Shown: piece by piece, positions 1 through 14,126 of the stretch
How the letters are laid out: each line of letters starts with the position of its first letter
How positions within the stretch are numbered: the stretch's first letter is position 1
From: Octopus sinensis
Lineage: Eukaryota
DNA length: 64,000 bases
Direction: 5' to 3'
Assembly: GCF_006345805.1 (NCBI RefSeq)
Contig: NC_043018.1
Coordinates: 29,884,001 to 29,948,000 of the forward strand
Program-made: the position numbers and the translations under genes
Notes under the pieces: model-generated
The model's database searches: none
Seen by the model: only the letters and a program-made list of their open reading frames with translations
What the model was told of the DNA's origin: nothing

Positions 1-153
1 ACATCCATACATCCATACATACATACATTTATACACATACACACACCCCCACACGTATACATATACGTACATATATATACGCGCATGCATACACATACAA
101 ATGCATACACATACGCATATACATATACATACATGCATATACACACACACATA

Positions 154-187
<34 letters not shown>

Positions 188-668
188 CACACACATACAT
201 ATACATAATAACATATACAAATATACGCACACACATACATATATACTCATATACACATACACGCACATACACATGTACATGCGTACCTACACAACACACA
301 CAGCGCGCATCCATATATACACATAAGTACACACATGCGTAAAAGTATACATATATCTATGCTTACACATACACAAACCCACACGTAACCTCCTTATATT
401 CATACTTACATGCATACTCAAAAAATAAGTAAATAATAAAATATATATACGCGCAGTTATTCATACATGCATACTCAAAAAATAAATAATAAATATTAAG
501 TATATGTACGTGCAGTTACCTATTATATAGACGGATACATACATATAAACTTACACACATATATAACTCTACGTACCTACATATACATAAACACACGAGC
601 GTACACGTATATGTACATATACACATACACATACACACGCATATATATACATACATACACATACACAC

Positions 669-743
<75 letters not shown>

Positions 744-1241
744 CACACACATATACATGTGTGCAAACATACATACATACTCATACACGCACACACACTT
801 ACATATACATATATACACACACTTACACACATATATATACATACACATAATACATACATAATACATACAACATATATGCATACATACACACACACATTAT
901 ATATACATACATACAAATACACATACCTATACTATATATACACATATATACACATGCACATATTTATATCCTACATACTCGCAGCATATACATATATATA
1001 TATATATAATATATAACACACACATACATATACCTATATACAGTATATATACACACATATATATACACATCTACAATTTGTATCTACACTCACATACATG
1101 CACATACACATAACTCTACATACCTACATTATACATCGACATACTCGCGTACACTCATATATATACAAATATATACATATACACCCAACACATACATATA
1201 CATATACATATATATATAAATATATACATAATACCACATAT

Positions 1242-1278
<37 letters not shown>

Positions 1279-1290
1279 CAACACACACAC

Positions 1291-1348
<58 letters not shown>

Positions 1349-1420
1349 CATACATACACAATACATACATGTACATATACATATACATACACATATATAC
1401 ACACACATACATATATCAAC
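1..1420. repeat. Compound (TA)n/(CA)n/(CATA)n microsatellite field (similar fields recur throughout the window)
   Basis: Direct reading; source of the YI/HT/CV-repeat ORFs. Confidence 0.97.
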
Positions 1421-1715
1421 AATGAGGGTAAAGTTAATTAGTTATTAATCAGTTTCACCAAGTATTCAGTATGTAAAAGGACCATTATTTTTTTGAGTAA
1501 ATAATGTCTGAGGAAAATATTCTCTAAGTAGTGGAATAGGTTAAAAAAACCTTTTTGGCTGCTATTTCTAGAAAGTTCAGTATGTGGCAAAGTAATTATT
1601 TTACTAAGCCCTAATTATTAATATTTTTATAACATACATACACATACATACACACATACATATACACCATACATATGCATTAACACATATATACATATAT
1701 ACATATATACATATA

Positions 1716-1746
<31 letters not shown>

Positions 1747-2192
1747 GCACATACATATACATATATATATATTTTTTTTTTTACATACATACACACACAC
1801 ACACATAATACATGCGTATATTCCTACTATACCCATACATTTCTATACATATATACGATACACATATACAGGCGTGCACATACAATATGTGAAAGGTCTT
1901 AGGAGAAAAGGTAATCGGGGGTGCTAGGGGAACGGTGGGATTGGGGGGGTTTTGTGGGTGGGGTGTCATCAATCTGGTTGCCGGGTAGGTCTATAGCTCT
2001 TGTAGTTCGCATACTTCTTATGCATGCAATAGATAAGCCATCACCAGGCTTTGAAGTCATTGTCAACACCGTTCTTGTTAAAGAATAATAAAATTGTACT
2101 GTACCAAATATATAGAGTAAAACGCAAAAGCAAACATCTATATATGTGTATATATATGTGTGTGTGTGTATGTGTGTGTGTGCGTTTGTGTG

Positions 2193-2239
<47 letters not shown>

Positions 2240-2275
2240 AAGGGTGGAAAGGGACACACGAGTTGATATATATGA

Positions 2276-2600
2276 AAAAACAAGTCAAAAATAGAAAATG
2301 CTAAGATAATTTTATAGTGAATCTTTCAGTACCGGTTTCGGTCATTTTGAGACCTTTTCAACTGTAACGATTAAATAATTAAATTTAGAAAAATTAGAAG
2401 AAAAGTTTTTTTAAAAGATATTTCTATAGTAGTGTCAGATATAAGTGGCATTCTGCCTTCTTGACTCCCTGTTTGCACTTGTGTGTTCGAGGTCGTTGTG
2501 AGTTCTGGTAGGGTAGGTGAAGAAGAAGGCTGATGTGGAGAGGGGGTGGGGAAATCTGGGAATGCCTTGATGGTCGTATTTTGAATGGCGCAAAACGAAT
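2276..2600 (-). mobile_element. Small dispersed repeat family A (Penelope-like-element terminal repeat candidate); other copies at 46404-46730 (-) and 33782-34035 (+)
   Basis: Three alignable copies, each containing the hammerhead and each bordered by TA-rich microsatellite. PLE origin is inferred from the hammerhead type. Confidence 0.6.
2325..2367 (-). ncRNA. Type I hammerhead ribozyme (family A), U3:A8 variant
   Basis: UUACAG-UUGAAAA-GGUC(UCAAAAU)GACC-GAAA-CCGG-UA^-CUGAA; palindromic ACCGGU stem III. Confidence 0.75.
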
Positions 2601-2914
2601 CAGTTGCACCGCAGACTTCAACATGACAGGTTGGGAGTCTCTATCATGGTAACGCGTACTGAGGAAGCTGAGGCTATTTTTGCCAGTGCAGAAACCGGTC
2701 AGTGTGAGTCCAAATATTTAAATGTAAGTTGGAAGATTGTCTTAGCCCGTTTACCTTCGGACGGTTGATATCAGAGTTTCGACTGTTATTTCCAGCAGGT
2801 AGACATACTTAGTATGTCCTTTGATTAATTTTAATCAGTCATATATATGTATGTATGTATGGATGGATGGATGGATAGATAAATAGAGGGAGAAATAAAG
2901 AAATGGAGAGGGAG

Positions 2915-2965
<51 letters not shown>

Positions 2966-4226
2966 AACGATAGATATACGACGGTGTTCGATACAGTATT
3001 AATCTGCGGAATTCGCTCACAAAATATTGATCGGACCTGAGCTATAGTAGAAACCACTTGTCCAAGGCGGCGGGCACATACTTATAGCCTGCGCTACTTC
3101 TAAGCTTACAACCAGATATATTAACAAAAATAAATTATTAATGTTTATTCATCCCTTTCCAATCCCTTTATCATTCCAGTCGCCTTCCCAAGGCTGCCTT
3201 CTCTCGTCTCTGTTTCATCCTTCATCGTCCCTTTTACGCTTTTAGTCCTCAAAATCCAATTTCTTAACTACCTCGTTGTCTGCTCGTCGTAAAATCATCA
3301 CCTCTAAGAAAACTCTAGGTGTCTCCACACAAAACAGTGTTTATAAAGTGTCATCCATCCAGTCAGTGGACACAATTCTATCACGTGGTGTTTTACACTC
3401 TCACATCGTTTATTATTTAAACTTACGTCGATTAATCTGAAGGGACATTTTCTGAAGTCTACTGTTGTGAATTTACGCTTTTCGCTTTAGCATGCTTACA
3501 ATGGTACAGACGGTTCATTTTGCAATTTTTCTTCGTTCGTTTATAAAGTTATAATCTCAGCACAACATCATTTTTACAGCACACTTCATCCCCTTGTTAC
3601 CTAAATTTGTCTTTAACAACGCTTGTCCACCATTTCACCCTCTATTGTATTCCCTTTCTCCCTATAACTCCCTTTGTCTGCTTCCCTTTTTCCGTTAACA
3701 CTCTTCCTTATTAATCTACTTCTGTCTTCGTTAAAAGTCTTCTACCCATTTGGTTTCTTTCAATTCAAATTTATACCCTCTCTTCACAATTTGTATTTCA
3801 GCCTTGGCCCCTTCCACCACAAGTCTTTGTTCTCTCTTAACTGTTCTTCTCTCGCTTCTGTTTTGCATTTTTCTCCAACGCCAACCATCGTCCTACCATC
3901 CTTTCAGTTTCTTCTCTGATTTTCTTTCAACGACTTATAACGATTTCAAGTGCAAAATACTCTTTGTCTCCATCGTAGACTCCAAAGTTGTAACAAAAAC
4001 CGTGCATTATAGATATAGCCATACATGCACAGGTATGTATATATGTGTGTGCATGCTTGCATGTATGTATGTATTTATCTTTGCAATATACATACATACA
4101 TACAACATACATATATATATACATATTATATATACACATATATATATATATATATAGAGTGTGTGTGTGTTGTGTGTGTATATATATATATATATATATA
4201 ACATATATATATATATATACACATAC

Positions 4227-4275
<49 letters not shown>

Positions 4276-4883
4276 TACTATTATATACTTATACACACAT
4301 ATATATATAATATATTCCTATTATATCCTATACATATATGCATGTTTATGTGTTGGTGTGTCTGCATTAGTAAATCTTAAGACAAACAAGTGTTGGTGAT
4401 AAAATATAAACAAGTTAAAGTGAATCTATTTTGACTAATGTGCCTCTCTCTATCGCTTTATCTAGACTTCACTTACGAGGTTTCTGTCTCACCTATTATC
4501 AACTTTTATTTATACAACGTAACTCATAAGAAGATATTGAGAAATAATATGATACCTTGTAATTGGTGGTTACAGTCAGTGTAATATATAGCATTACATA
4601 TATGCAAATATATATATGTGTGTGTAAGTGTGTGTGTGTGTGCGCGTGCGTGTCTGTATGTGTATATATAAATATATGTACATATATATATATAATATAT
4701 ATATAATATATATATAATATATATATAAGGTGGTGCGGCAGCATGGCCGCAGTCAAATGGACTGAAACAAGAAAAGAATATATAAAGCATATATATATAT
4801 AATATATATCATATTATGTTTATTAATATATATATATATATATATATGTACTTTATTTAAAAGCAGCAGAAATATAACAAAAG

Positions 4884-4921
4884 CTGTACTCGGAGTTTCA
4901 CGTTCCCCTTCGTCGAACAGT
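4884..4921 (-). ncRNA. Degenerate type I hammerhead (left arm of palindrome)
   Basis: Minus strand ACUGU-UCGACGA-AGG(GGAA)CGU-GAAA-CUCCGAG-UA-CAG; complements the lesions of the right-arm copy. Confidence 0.5.
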
Positions 4922-4993
4922 TTTGTTAAAATAGAACCGAAATAACAAATTAATTGTTATTTCAATTGTTATTTCGGTTCTATTTTAACAAAA

Positions 4994-5034
4994 CTGTCTG
5001 ACGAACGGGAACGTGAACACTCGAGTAGTAACAG
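4994..5034 (+). ncRNA. Degenerate type I hammerhead (right arm of palindrome)
   Basis: CUGU-CUGACGA-ACG(GGAA)CGU-GAA[C]A-CUCGAG-UA[GUA]-ACAG; two small insertions relative to a canonical core. Confidence 0.6.
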
Positions 5035-5164
5035 CTTTTGTTATATTTCTGCTGCTTTTAAATAAATAAAGCATATTTCTGCCTCTGTATTTGGGTACTC
5101 TTTTCCCACCTTGTTTCCCATTTATGCGCTTACTCCGGTATATATATATATAATATATATATTA

Positions 5165-5218
<54 letters not shown>

Positions 5219-6439
5219 AATATATGCGTATAAATTTATGTACGGTGCAGAAACAAAGTTGTGTTCTACGATTAAAGCCAGGTATCTTCCACATGCGTGT
5301 TATATTATTCTTATATGTATGTATGTTTAAAGGTACATATATATGTATGTGTACATGAGTATTTGTATGTCAGGTAACAAATGAAGTAAGTCAAATGTAA
5401 TCAAGTGTAACCTGTATTTATTTAACCTGCTCGTCGGCAGCTAATCCGGTTTAATAGGCTTGCTTTAAAACCAACTGTGAAAATAGAAGTCATGTCAAGG
5501 ATCGAAGGGTGTTAACGATAGTCGTTAACCCCTACCAATCAACAAATTATAGAAACATTGAAATATAGACATTAGCAAACGGTCTTACTCAAAGAATACA
5601 TAACTTTCGAGAAATGTGTCCCTAGATTTAATTTGAATATTTGTGTCGGAGAGGGAAAGCGCTGAATTCTAGTCCTACACTTATAGCGACGAGCTGGCAG
5701 AATCGTTAGCACGCCGGACAAAATACTTGGCGTCATTTCCTCCGATTCTTCAGATCATGAGTTCAAATAGTGCAAAGGTCTGTTTTACCTTTCGAACACT
5801 GTGGTCGATGCAATAGATTAGACATGCCCGCAAAATTTCAATCATGTACCTGCAGTAGACATGGTCGCTAAGATAGCTGAACCGTTAACATGTACAAAAT
5901 GCTCAGCGGCATTCAGCTTGTCTTTACGTTCTGAGTTCAAATGCCGCGATGATCGACTTTACTTACATCTCCCGGAGATTAATATTTCTCCCCTCCCCTC
6001 AAAATTCCTGACCTTGAGCCCTGGAACGGACCGGCGTCAGAGGAAATGCTCTAATCCTTGTCAATGATATGATATGTAAACCCGGTGATCGGTCTTTATA
6101 TGTCCTAAGGTTTTAGTTAAAAGAAAAACTAATATAAAATTTCCTGTCGCTACTCCTGCCATTCCTCTTAATTTTTTTCTTGTCACTAGAACATGGTAGC
6201 TAATACAGAGTAGTAATCATGCTGTACGCACGTCTGTCATTCTACAGCCTACGTCATTCGGATACTTAACAACATCTCGGTACGTTGTCTATCATAAACG
6301 GTACTATTGAACATCGAAGTATTTTATGAGTAAGAGAATACTAAAAGATAACTAGTCTTACCCATTGTACTCTAACAATGTCTTGGCGTTGGATGTGTGA
6401 AGGTGTGCGGGTTATATATTATATATATATATTATATAA

Positions 6440-6503
<64 letters not shown>

Positions 6504-7191
6504 GGGGTGTCGGTGGATCTCGAAGCAGATAGACCTATAGAAATTGGCATGTAAATACTGAATTGAAAAAAGCATTTTGAGTCTACTGTTCCAAAAAAGA
6601 ATTAAACTACCTTCTCTCGAAATGTTATCAATTTTTATGACCTCAACAATATGTATTTGTGAGTGGTGTGTGTATGTACATACATACATACATACATACA
6701 TACATACATACATACATACATACATACATACATACATACTCATCAATGCCAACAAACATGCATATACATATACGCACACATTCGCGCATACACAATTGTT
6801 TTAACTTGTAACATGCATTGAAGCATGGTGCCATTATTTGCATACAATAAATTATAAAGATTATATTATCTCTTTAAATCACTTCGTTTATAGCTAGCAA
6901 TTATATACTATCATATAATTAATAGCATCTTATCAATTAGTTTGTACGATAAAGATGATAATGGATTGGGTACAAACCAAGCAAACGACGTCGAGATAAA
7001 CCGACGGAGACGTCAATTACTGAACGGGGCTATATTTTATTTAGCTGGGATAAGAATGACAAGGCATGAATCTATACTAAATCTGCTAAAATGGCCAGGT
7101 TGATCTGGCTGCTAATCACTGTGAACTCTAGCTAATGCGGCACAAAAGCAAACAGACAAGCTAATGATTGTTATTACTGACTGCGCTTTTA

Positions 7192-7365
7192 AGGCGGAAA
7201 GTTGACAGAATCGTTAGCAAGCCGGGAAAAACGCTTATCGCTGTTTTCTCCCTCTTCAGGTTCTGAGTTAAAAATCCGCCGAGCTCGACTATACATTTCA
7301 TCGTTTCGGGGTCGATAAAATAAATACCAATAAAACACTGGGGTCGATGTAATCGACTGTGGGGT
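7192..7365 (+). mobile_element. Older copy of the same SINE family (further degenerate copies ~5684-6000 and 44047-44260)
   Basis: GGCGGAAAGTTGACAGAATCGTTAGC head; TTTCATCGTTTCGGGGTCGATAAA; CTGGGGTCGATGTAATCGACT. Confidence 0.7.
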
Positions 7366-7412
7366 AGCAACTCGAGTCGGTCGGCCATATACCACATGCC
7401 AATGTATATATG

Positions 7413-7464
<52 letters not shown>

Positions 7465-7465
<1 letters not shown>

Positions 7466-8266
7466 TAGCAGCATAGCCCGGCGTTGCCCGGGTATGTAAA
7501 GAGCCCCTAGTAGGCAACGACTAATCCTAATCTAGTCCTTTCCCTCTAGGGAACGAAGGAGGCGCATGTGTAGGGTGCAATTTGTCTTCTCTCACTCCCA
7601 AATAACTATCAAACAGCTATCGATAATTCACCCAACCAATTCCTACCAGGAAGAAATTACATTCGAGACTTTACCCCAACTTCTGCTAATAGCTGCTGCA
7701 GCCGCAAGTTATTCGAATACATTTTTTGTTTACACTTTCTTTATAACTACCACCCCAAACGTTTTACCTTAATTTTTGACGTACCCTAAGGGTCCTCGGA
7801 CGCTACTTGCAAACTCTTGGTTTATTATAAACCGCTTTGTGTCGTGCACCAAAAAAAACCTTTTCCATTCGTTTGTTCAGTTTGGTTTACTTTGACTTTT
7901 TTGTTGTTGTCACTCACATTGCTGCCCCGCTTTTTTTACCGTTTTTGTACATTTTTATACATTTTGGGATACTTACCCACGTGTTCCGAGAGGTAAAAAG
8001 GTCGAGTTGCGTCCCTAGACAGTCTGTAGAAAATGTGTTGCATATAAAAAGCTTAGATTCTCGACCCATGTCGAATTTATCGATCTATTTTCAGAACTGG
8101 GGGAACTTTTCAAAATTTTCACTGCGTTAGTTTTGAATTATGACATTGGGCTATGTGTGTGTCAAGTTTCATCAGAATCGGTTGAAAGCCGTGGTCAGGG
8201 TGAGGGTACAACCTGACAGACACACAGACACACAGACAGACAAACTGCCGTTTATATATAGAGAGA
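7465..8266 (-). mobile_element. Non-autonomous Helitron
   Basis: Minus strand starts TCTCTCTATATATAAA after an A. It ends with hairpin CCCGG-GCAACG-CCGGG (7477-7492), then CTAG followed by T. Confidence 0.75.
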
Positions 8267-8533
8267 TATATGACGTTGAATATGATCTGTCTCTTAGTTG
8301 GAGAGATATGTTCGATTCTTCCAGTGCTTTCGAATTTCATATTTTTAATATTTAATATTGTGAAGTCACATGCTGATGAAGAAAATGTTCGGGTAAATTA
8401 TAAATTACACATTCTTTATACTGATCTAATTCCGAAACGTGTACATGGGTAATCTAATGTCGATTGATTTTCGTTATTTTTCCTACTATTTCTAATCTTT
8501 GGTATGTGGTAAAGCAAATCTTTGCTGAACCCC

Positions 8534-8612
<79 letters not shown>

Positions 8613-8663
8613 TGTGTGGTGTGTGGTGTGTGTTGTGTGGATATGTATATATATATGTATATA

Positions 8664-8701
<38 letters not shown>

Positions 8702-8805
8702 ATATACAATATTGTATATATGTATATATATATATATAATATTATAATATATATCGAAAGGATTACTGATCAAACCACTTTCATTTGCTAGGGGTTTCAC
8801 TGATA

Positions 8806-9318
8806 TCTATATATATAAAACTGTAGTTGTGTGAGTGTCTGTCCCCTTCGATTTAGATTCCTAACTACTCCCACATTTTGCGGTGCAGTTTAACCAAATT
8901 CGGGTATCTTATAGTCGTGATTCATATCGACCCCGTCTGAGTATTGGCGCGCGTCTACGATGAGTCTACGATTTTAAAAATAATTTAACATCATTTTTTA
9001 TTCCATTTTAATGCATAATTTTTCGTGTGTCGATGGCGGCGGAGTTGGCGTCCATGGTCACACCTGCACCTGTTTGCTTCTCCCCCTTCTTCCCTCCCTC
9101 GTGAAGCTGTGGGGAAGGGAGTGTAAGGAAGTCAACGTCGTAAAGTGTTGTCAAGGAGACCAGCGTTCTTTTAGAACAACGACTTCATGCCTTGAAGACA
9201 CCAAAACAGAAATGGCTAAGAAAGCCCGAATTGGCATCTATAAGGGAAGTAACTCTCTAAAAATGCTTATATAGTTATTTCCCTTACAAACCCGAGCAAC
9301 GCCGGGCGATAATGCTAG
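8806..9318 (+). mobile_element. Non-autonomous Helitron (second family member)
   Basis: A|TCTATATATATAAA start; CCCGAGCAACGCCGGG hairpin at 9291-9306; CTAG|T end. Confidence 0.78.
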
Positions 9319-10180
9319 TTAACGATAGAAACATAGAAGTCATCATGTATGCCAGAAAAATGGGCAAGCAATCCTTTGATGTATATATATATATATTGAT
9401 ATAGACACTTAGATAGATAGACAGATGAAGTTTGAAGATACACACACATACATATATAGAAGTGTATGTGTGGGGGGTTGTGGAGGGTTGTGTGTGCGAT
9501 CAGAGACCCGGACCCATGAAACACGTATACGTATATGCATATATAGAAACACTATCTCATACAAACTATACTCATAACATTGACATTTCGCTGTTAAACT
9601 AATTATAGAGCTCGATACAATAACGATATTAATTATAAGCAAAAGATAGAAAAAAAGTTCTGTCTATCATTTTCATATCTTTAATTTCACCTTGTAACAT
9701 TTTATTATTTGGCATTCAAAGCTAACATTTTTCCGAACAAATAATTGCAAAATATTTTAATTATATCTCAAGAGAAAATGTCAAATATTCTGTTTGTTAA
9801 ATACACACAATTCAATTTTAGTTATTTTCCACTAAATTATGCTGCTGAGGTGAATGTGAGTGGTATGTAGGTGAGGGTGTTGCTTGTAAGAGCGCGCTTT
9901 CGTTACAGTAGCAGGTCGTTGCGTTGTCTTCGTGAGAAAGGCATTTTCTTTCACCTTACTGCTGCCCACTGTCCTGTAAAGAACTAAGCCTGCGACGGAC
10001 TACCGTGTCAGTGAAGCCCCTAGCAAAAGAAGGTGCCTTGATCAGCAACCCATTCGATATAGACGAATATATTTGACTATGTCCCATAGGACAAGTTGTT
10101 TCGAGAAAATTTGGTTTAAATGATTGACAGCTCAGCACCGTCCATTGGACGGGGGGACGTTTTGCTTGTATATATATATA

Positions 10181-10253
<73 letters not shown>

Positions 10254-10261
10254 ACAGAAAA

Positions 10262-10536
<275 letters not shown>

Positions 10537-10699
10537 ACTTTTTATTGTAGCCACACAGGGCTAAAAATGGACGAAATACAATGTAGAATTTTTTCTTTTC
10601 GAGGTGGGATGGGTGGGGCACAAAAAAAAAACGTTTGATCAATACGTGGGTTGTGTGGTGTATAGAAAAGCAATATATATATATATATATAAATAAGGT

Positions 10700-13600
10700 T
10701 CACAGTTTAGGTGTGACCATTTTTGCCACTTTTACCCACTTTTTATTAAAACATTCGTTCGACAAAGCCTTCCTCTCTATTCTCATCCTCCTTTTCAAGT
10801 GGTACTTGAAAAAGTTGACGAGAGACTGACCAGAAAGGAAGGTGTTTGTTTGCAGTCCTTTCAAACGCGTCCACCACACACATTCTTTCGCCATAGCCAT
10901 CAGCGTAACGAAAACCGTTTTCCCTTGCCGTTTAAAGGAAGGTGGTGGAACAACATTCACGATAGACTCGGCCGATAGGCGAGCCCGACCAACACGTGAC
11001 AACAGCTGTTCGACGAAGGACCACAGCTCTGAAATATCTGGACACTGCACGAGTGCGTGCAGAACGGTTTCGTCGCTCTGATCGCATCTCGGGCAGGTCG
11101 GTCCGGTGATGGTTTTCGAACCGTGTCTGTAGCTCTTCTCTCGAACAGGTAGTGCGTCTCGATAGCACTGCCAAGCAGGGATTTCTGGAAGTTATCCATA
11201 GGCCCCGGCCCGAACGTCGCTGAACAGGCGGGTTAGGAATTTCTCCGTCGACGCCCGGGTTGCCCCGAGTGTGTCGTCGGACCTCCCCTCCACTAGTCCT
11301 CTATAGAACGCTTTAGTCGTTTGTAAGTTGCACAAGTTTGACCCTGGTCGGCAGAGCTGCTGTATAGCTTGGTGACACTCTCGGTGCCAATCACCCAGTT
11401 TCGGTCTCTTTTTGATCCACGTTTGCAGTTCGGTCAGTGAAACGAGCTGCGGGAAGTCGCGCCTCACAAACGCCGCCCACACCTGTTCACCGTCGTCGAT
11501 TAAGTTCCAGAGATGTCGCAGTCTCAGCGCATGCCTGCGCATCATCAACCACGGCATGCCCAGTCCTCCATTCAATGGATGTTGACAGCAAATGGACTTC
11601 CTCACCATCGGAACGCCACCCTTCCACAGGAAGCGGAAGAGTATGCGTTCCAGTTTGGTGATGGTGGCGTCGGGACAAGGTACGACGGTCAGGCGGTAAT
11701 CGATGACGGATGCGATGTACGCGTTCGCCGCCTCCGCCCGGCATTTTAGAGACAGCTTTCTCTCGGCCCATATTTGGCGAGAGCGACCACTCTACTCGTG
11801 ATCTCGTCCCAGTTCTTATCCTTTGGGAGGTCCGGACTGAACCAGACCCCGAGCAATTTAACCGGTCCGTCCGTCCAGCGTCCCACTACTGAGCCGCAGT
11901 CGGACGGCATGGGCTTGCTTCTCTCCAGGTGCCGAGTAGCAAACCCTGACTTTTCCGGGTTAATCTTTGCTCCCGTCAACCGTTTCGTATTTTCTTAGTG
12001 TCTCGCCTATCATCTTGATGTGTTTGTCGCTCGACACTATGACGGTGACAATCGTCCGCATATGCCGACACGCTCGTCCCGCAACCCAGTTCCCGTGGGA
12101 TGCCCCTCAGTGTCGCCAGCTTCCGCAGTAGCGGCTCGAGAGTCAATACATACAGAAGCGCCGACAGGGGACACCCCTGACGGACCGAACGCGTGATGTC
12201 AAACGGTTTAGACAGGTGACCGTTCACCCGAATCACCGATCGGATGCCGCTATACAAGGCAGCGATCCAACCGCGGGAGACGGGACCGAAGCCAGCCGCC
12301 CTGAAGACGGCCGCCAAGTACCGATGGTCGACCCTATCGAAGGCTTTAGAATGATCCGAATTTATCAGCGCCCCACCCATGCCAGGATCCTTAACTACCC
12401 TGTCCACAATGTAGCGCATCAGATGGAGGTTGTCATATATGGTTCTGCCCGGCACGGCGCATGTTTGCGCCCTGTCGACCAGTTTACCAATGACAAGCGC
12501 CAACCTCTCGGCTATTACTTTGGCCAAAATTTTCAAATCTGCGTTCAGCAGAGTGATGGGCCGGAAATTATCTATAAAATTCCCTTTGTTTGGGTCTTTC
12601 TTCAGCAACGTCACTACACCTCGGCTCACGAAACCGGGGATTCTCCCGTTTTGTTGCCAGTTGCAGTAGACTGATGCCAAGAGGTCGCCAAACAAGTCTG
12701 GCATTTGACAATACATCTCGTAGGGTAAACCATCCAATCCAGGCGACTTATCCCTCGCGCAACCCGCCATCGCATCCCACACGTCAGCGGCTGTGATGGG
12801 ACTTTCACAACACTCCGCTTCTCTTGCCGAGAGCCGCGGCAGGTCGGTCAGGTAGGCACTGAAATCCATCTCACGTTCCGACCCACCACTCGCACCAAAC
12901 AGTCGAGCAAAGTGCTGTTGAAAGGCCTCACACATCCTTTCGGTTCGAGTAAACTGCATCCCTGTTGATCTATTAGAGACCGAATGGTGGCTCTGTTGCC
13001 ACGCTGCGCCTCCGCTACCCGGGCCTCTCCGCACAGCTTCGATCCCTCGTTCCTTAGGCACGCATTTTAGCTCTGACACGCAACCTTCGTGCTTGGCGTT
13101 GAGGTGTGGTCGAGGGCCATCCTCGCAGCCAACACGTTGGTTGCGCTGCCAGTGGTAAGTGCCTCTTCTACTTTCTTAACCAAGTCTCCCTCTACTCTAT
13201 TTCGTTCTATCGCTAATTCCTTGCTAAACCTAATTGATTCCGATTTAATTGCCATTTTCAGGACGTACCACTAGCGGTTGTTAACGACGGCTCCCGTCAG
13301 CGCCCTCTTAATTAACTCGCTAATCCGGTTCCTGTAAACCTGTCGCGCTAACTGCGACGTGTTCAGTTTCCAGTAACCGGGACCCTGCCTATGTGTTTTA
13401 TCTAAGTCGAGCGTACAAATTTGTGATCTGTCTAGCTGACTATTTTAAATTGTGGACATCCTACACTATCCCTATCCGCTGTCCTGCATAGAATTCTATC
13501 TAGATAAGATCTCGACGATCCGACGCGATTTGTCCAAGTCCACGTTGGCACGTTCGGATGGTCGAGTCGGAACCTGTCAGACAAATGGAAACGTCTGAGC

Positions 13601-14112
13601 AGGTCTTTGAGGCTCTTACACCCCCTTCTATTCCTATCCCTTCCCACATAATCTAGATGTGTGTCCAAGGTAGCGTTCCAATCCCCTACTAACAGTAAAG
13701 GTCTAGACGTACCCAGGAAAACCTCTAGACGTCTGAAGATATCCGCCCGACCCGTTAAGGACGGTGCATAAACTGCCATCAGACGGAATGCACACCCATT
13801 TCTGCCATCCACGTTCAAGACAACCAGCCTGCCCTCCGGATCTAGGAATATTGCTCTTACTTTTACATTTAGACTCTTCCGAAAAAGCACCGCAGTACCT
13901 CCACCACCCATGTTCGGCAGACAGGGAGAAAAATAAATGTCAAATTGATTGCCAAACATGGACTCGAGGGCCCCCGGCTTACTGAGTCTGGTTTCACTGA
14001 TAGCTACTATATCCACGTTCAGTGACTTGATGTCGTTTAGAAGGTAACCTTGCTTCCAAGCCGACGCCAAGCCACGCGCATTCACGCAACCTAAATTAAG
14101 CATACTTGACAT
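10700..14112 (-). pseudogene. ORF2 of copy 1: APE endonuclease + reverse transcriptase + C-terminal region, frameshifted
   Basis: 13432..14112 has APE motifs NARGL, SETR, GDWN, SYLDR. 11976..13079 has RT motifs through YADD. 11192..11608 and 10700..11050 continue the L1/Tx1-like C-terminus in other frames. Confidence 0.92.
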
Positions 14113-14126
14113 TTACGAAAATTGTT

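Larger units (their letters stand above)
4850..5070. repeat. ~220-bp imperfect palindrome (inverted duplication of a hammerhead-bearing repeat)
   Basis: CTTTATTTAAAAGCAGCAGAAATATAACAAAAGCTG...AAAATAGAACCGAAATAACAA is mirrored by TTGTTATTTCGGTTCTATTTT...CAGCTTTTGTTATATTTCTGCTGCTTTTAAATAAA. Confidence 0.9.

Noticed and set aside
3150-3960. Purine-rich minus-strand stretch resembling decayed coding sequence
   Set aside because: Multiple stops in all frames and no recognisable motif; cannot be assigned.
9956-10138. Minus-strand exon candidate (…VRRRLSSLQDSGQ|gtaagg)
   Set aside because: Part of it matches 8752-8805 in inverted orientation, so it is probably a dispersed repeat; the acceptor is weak.
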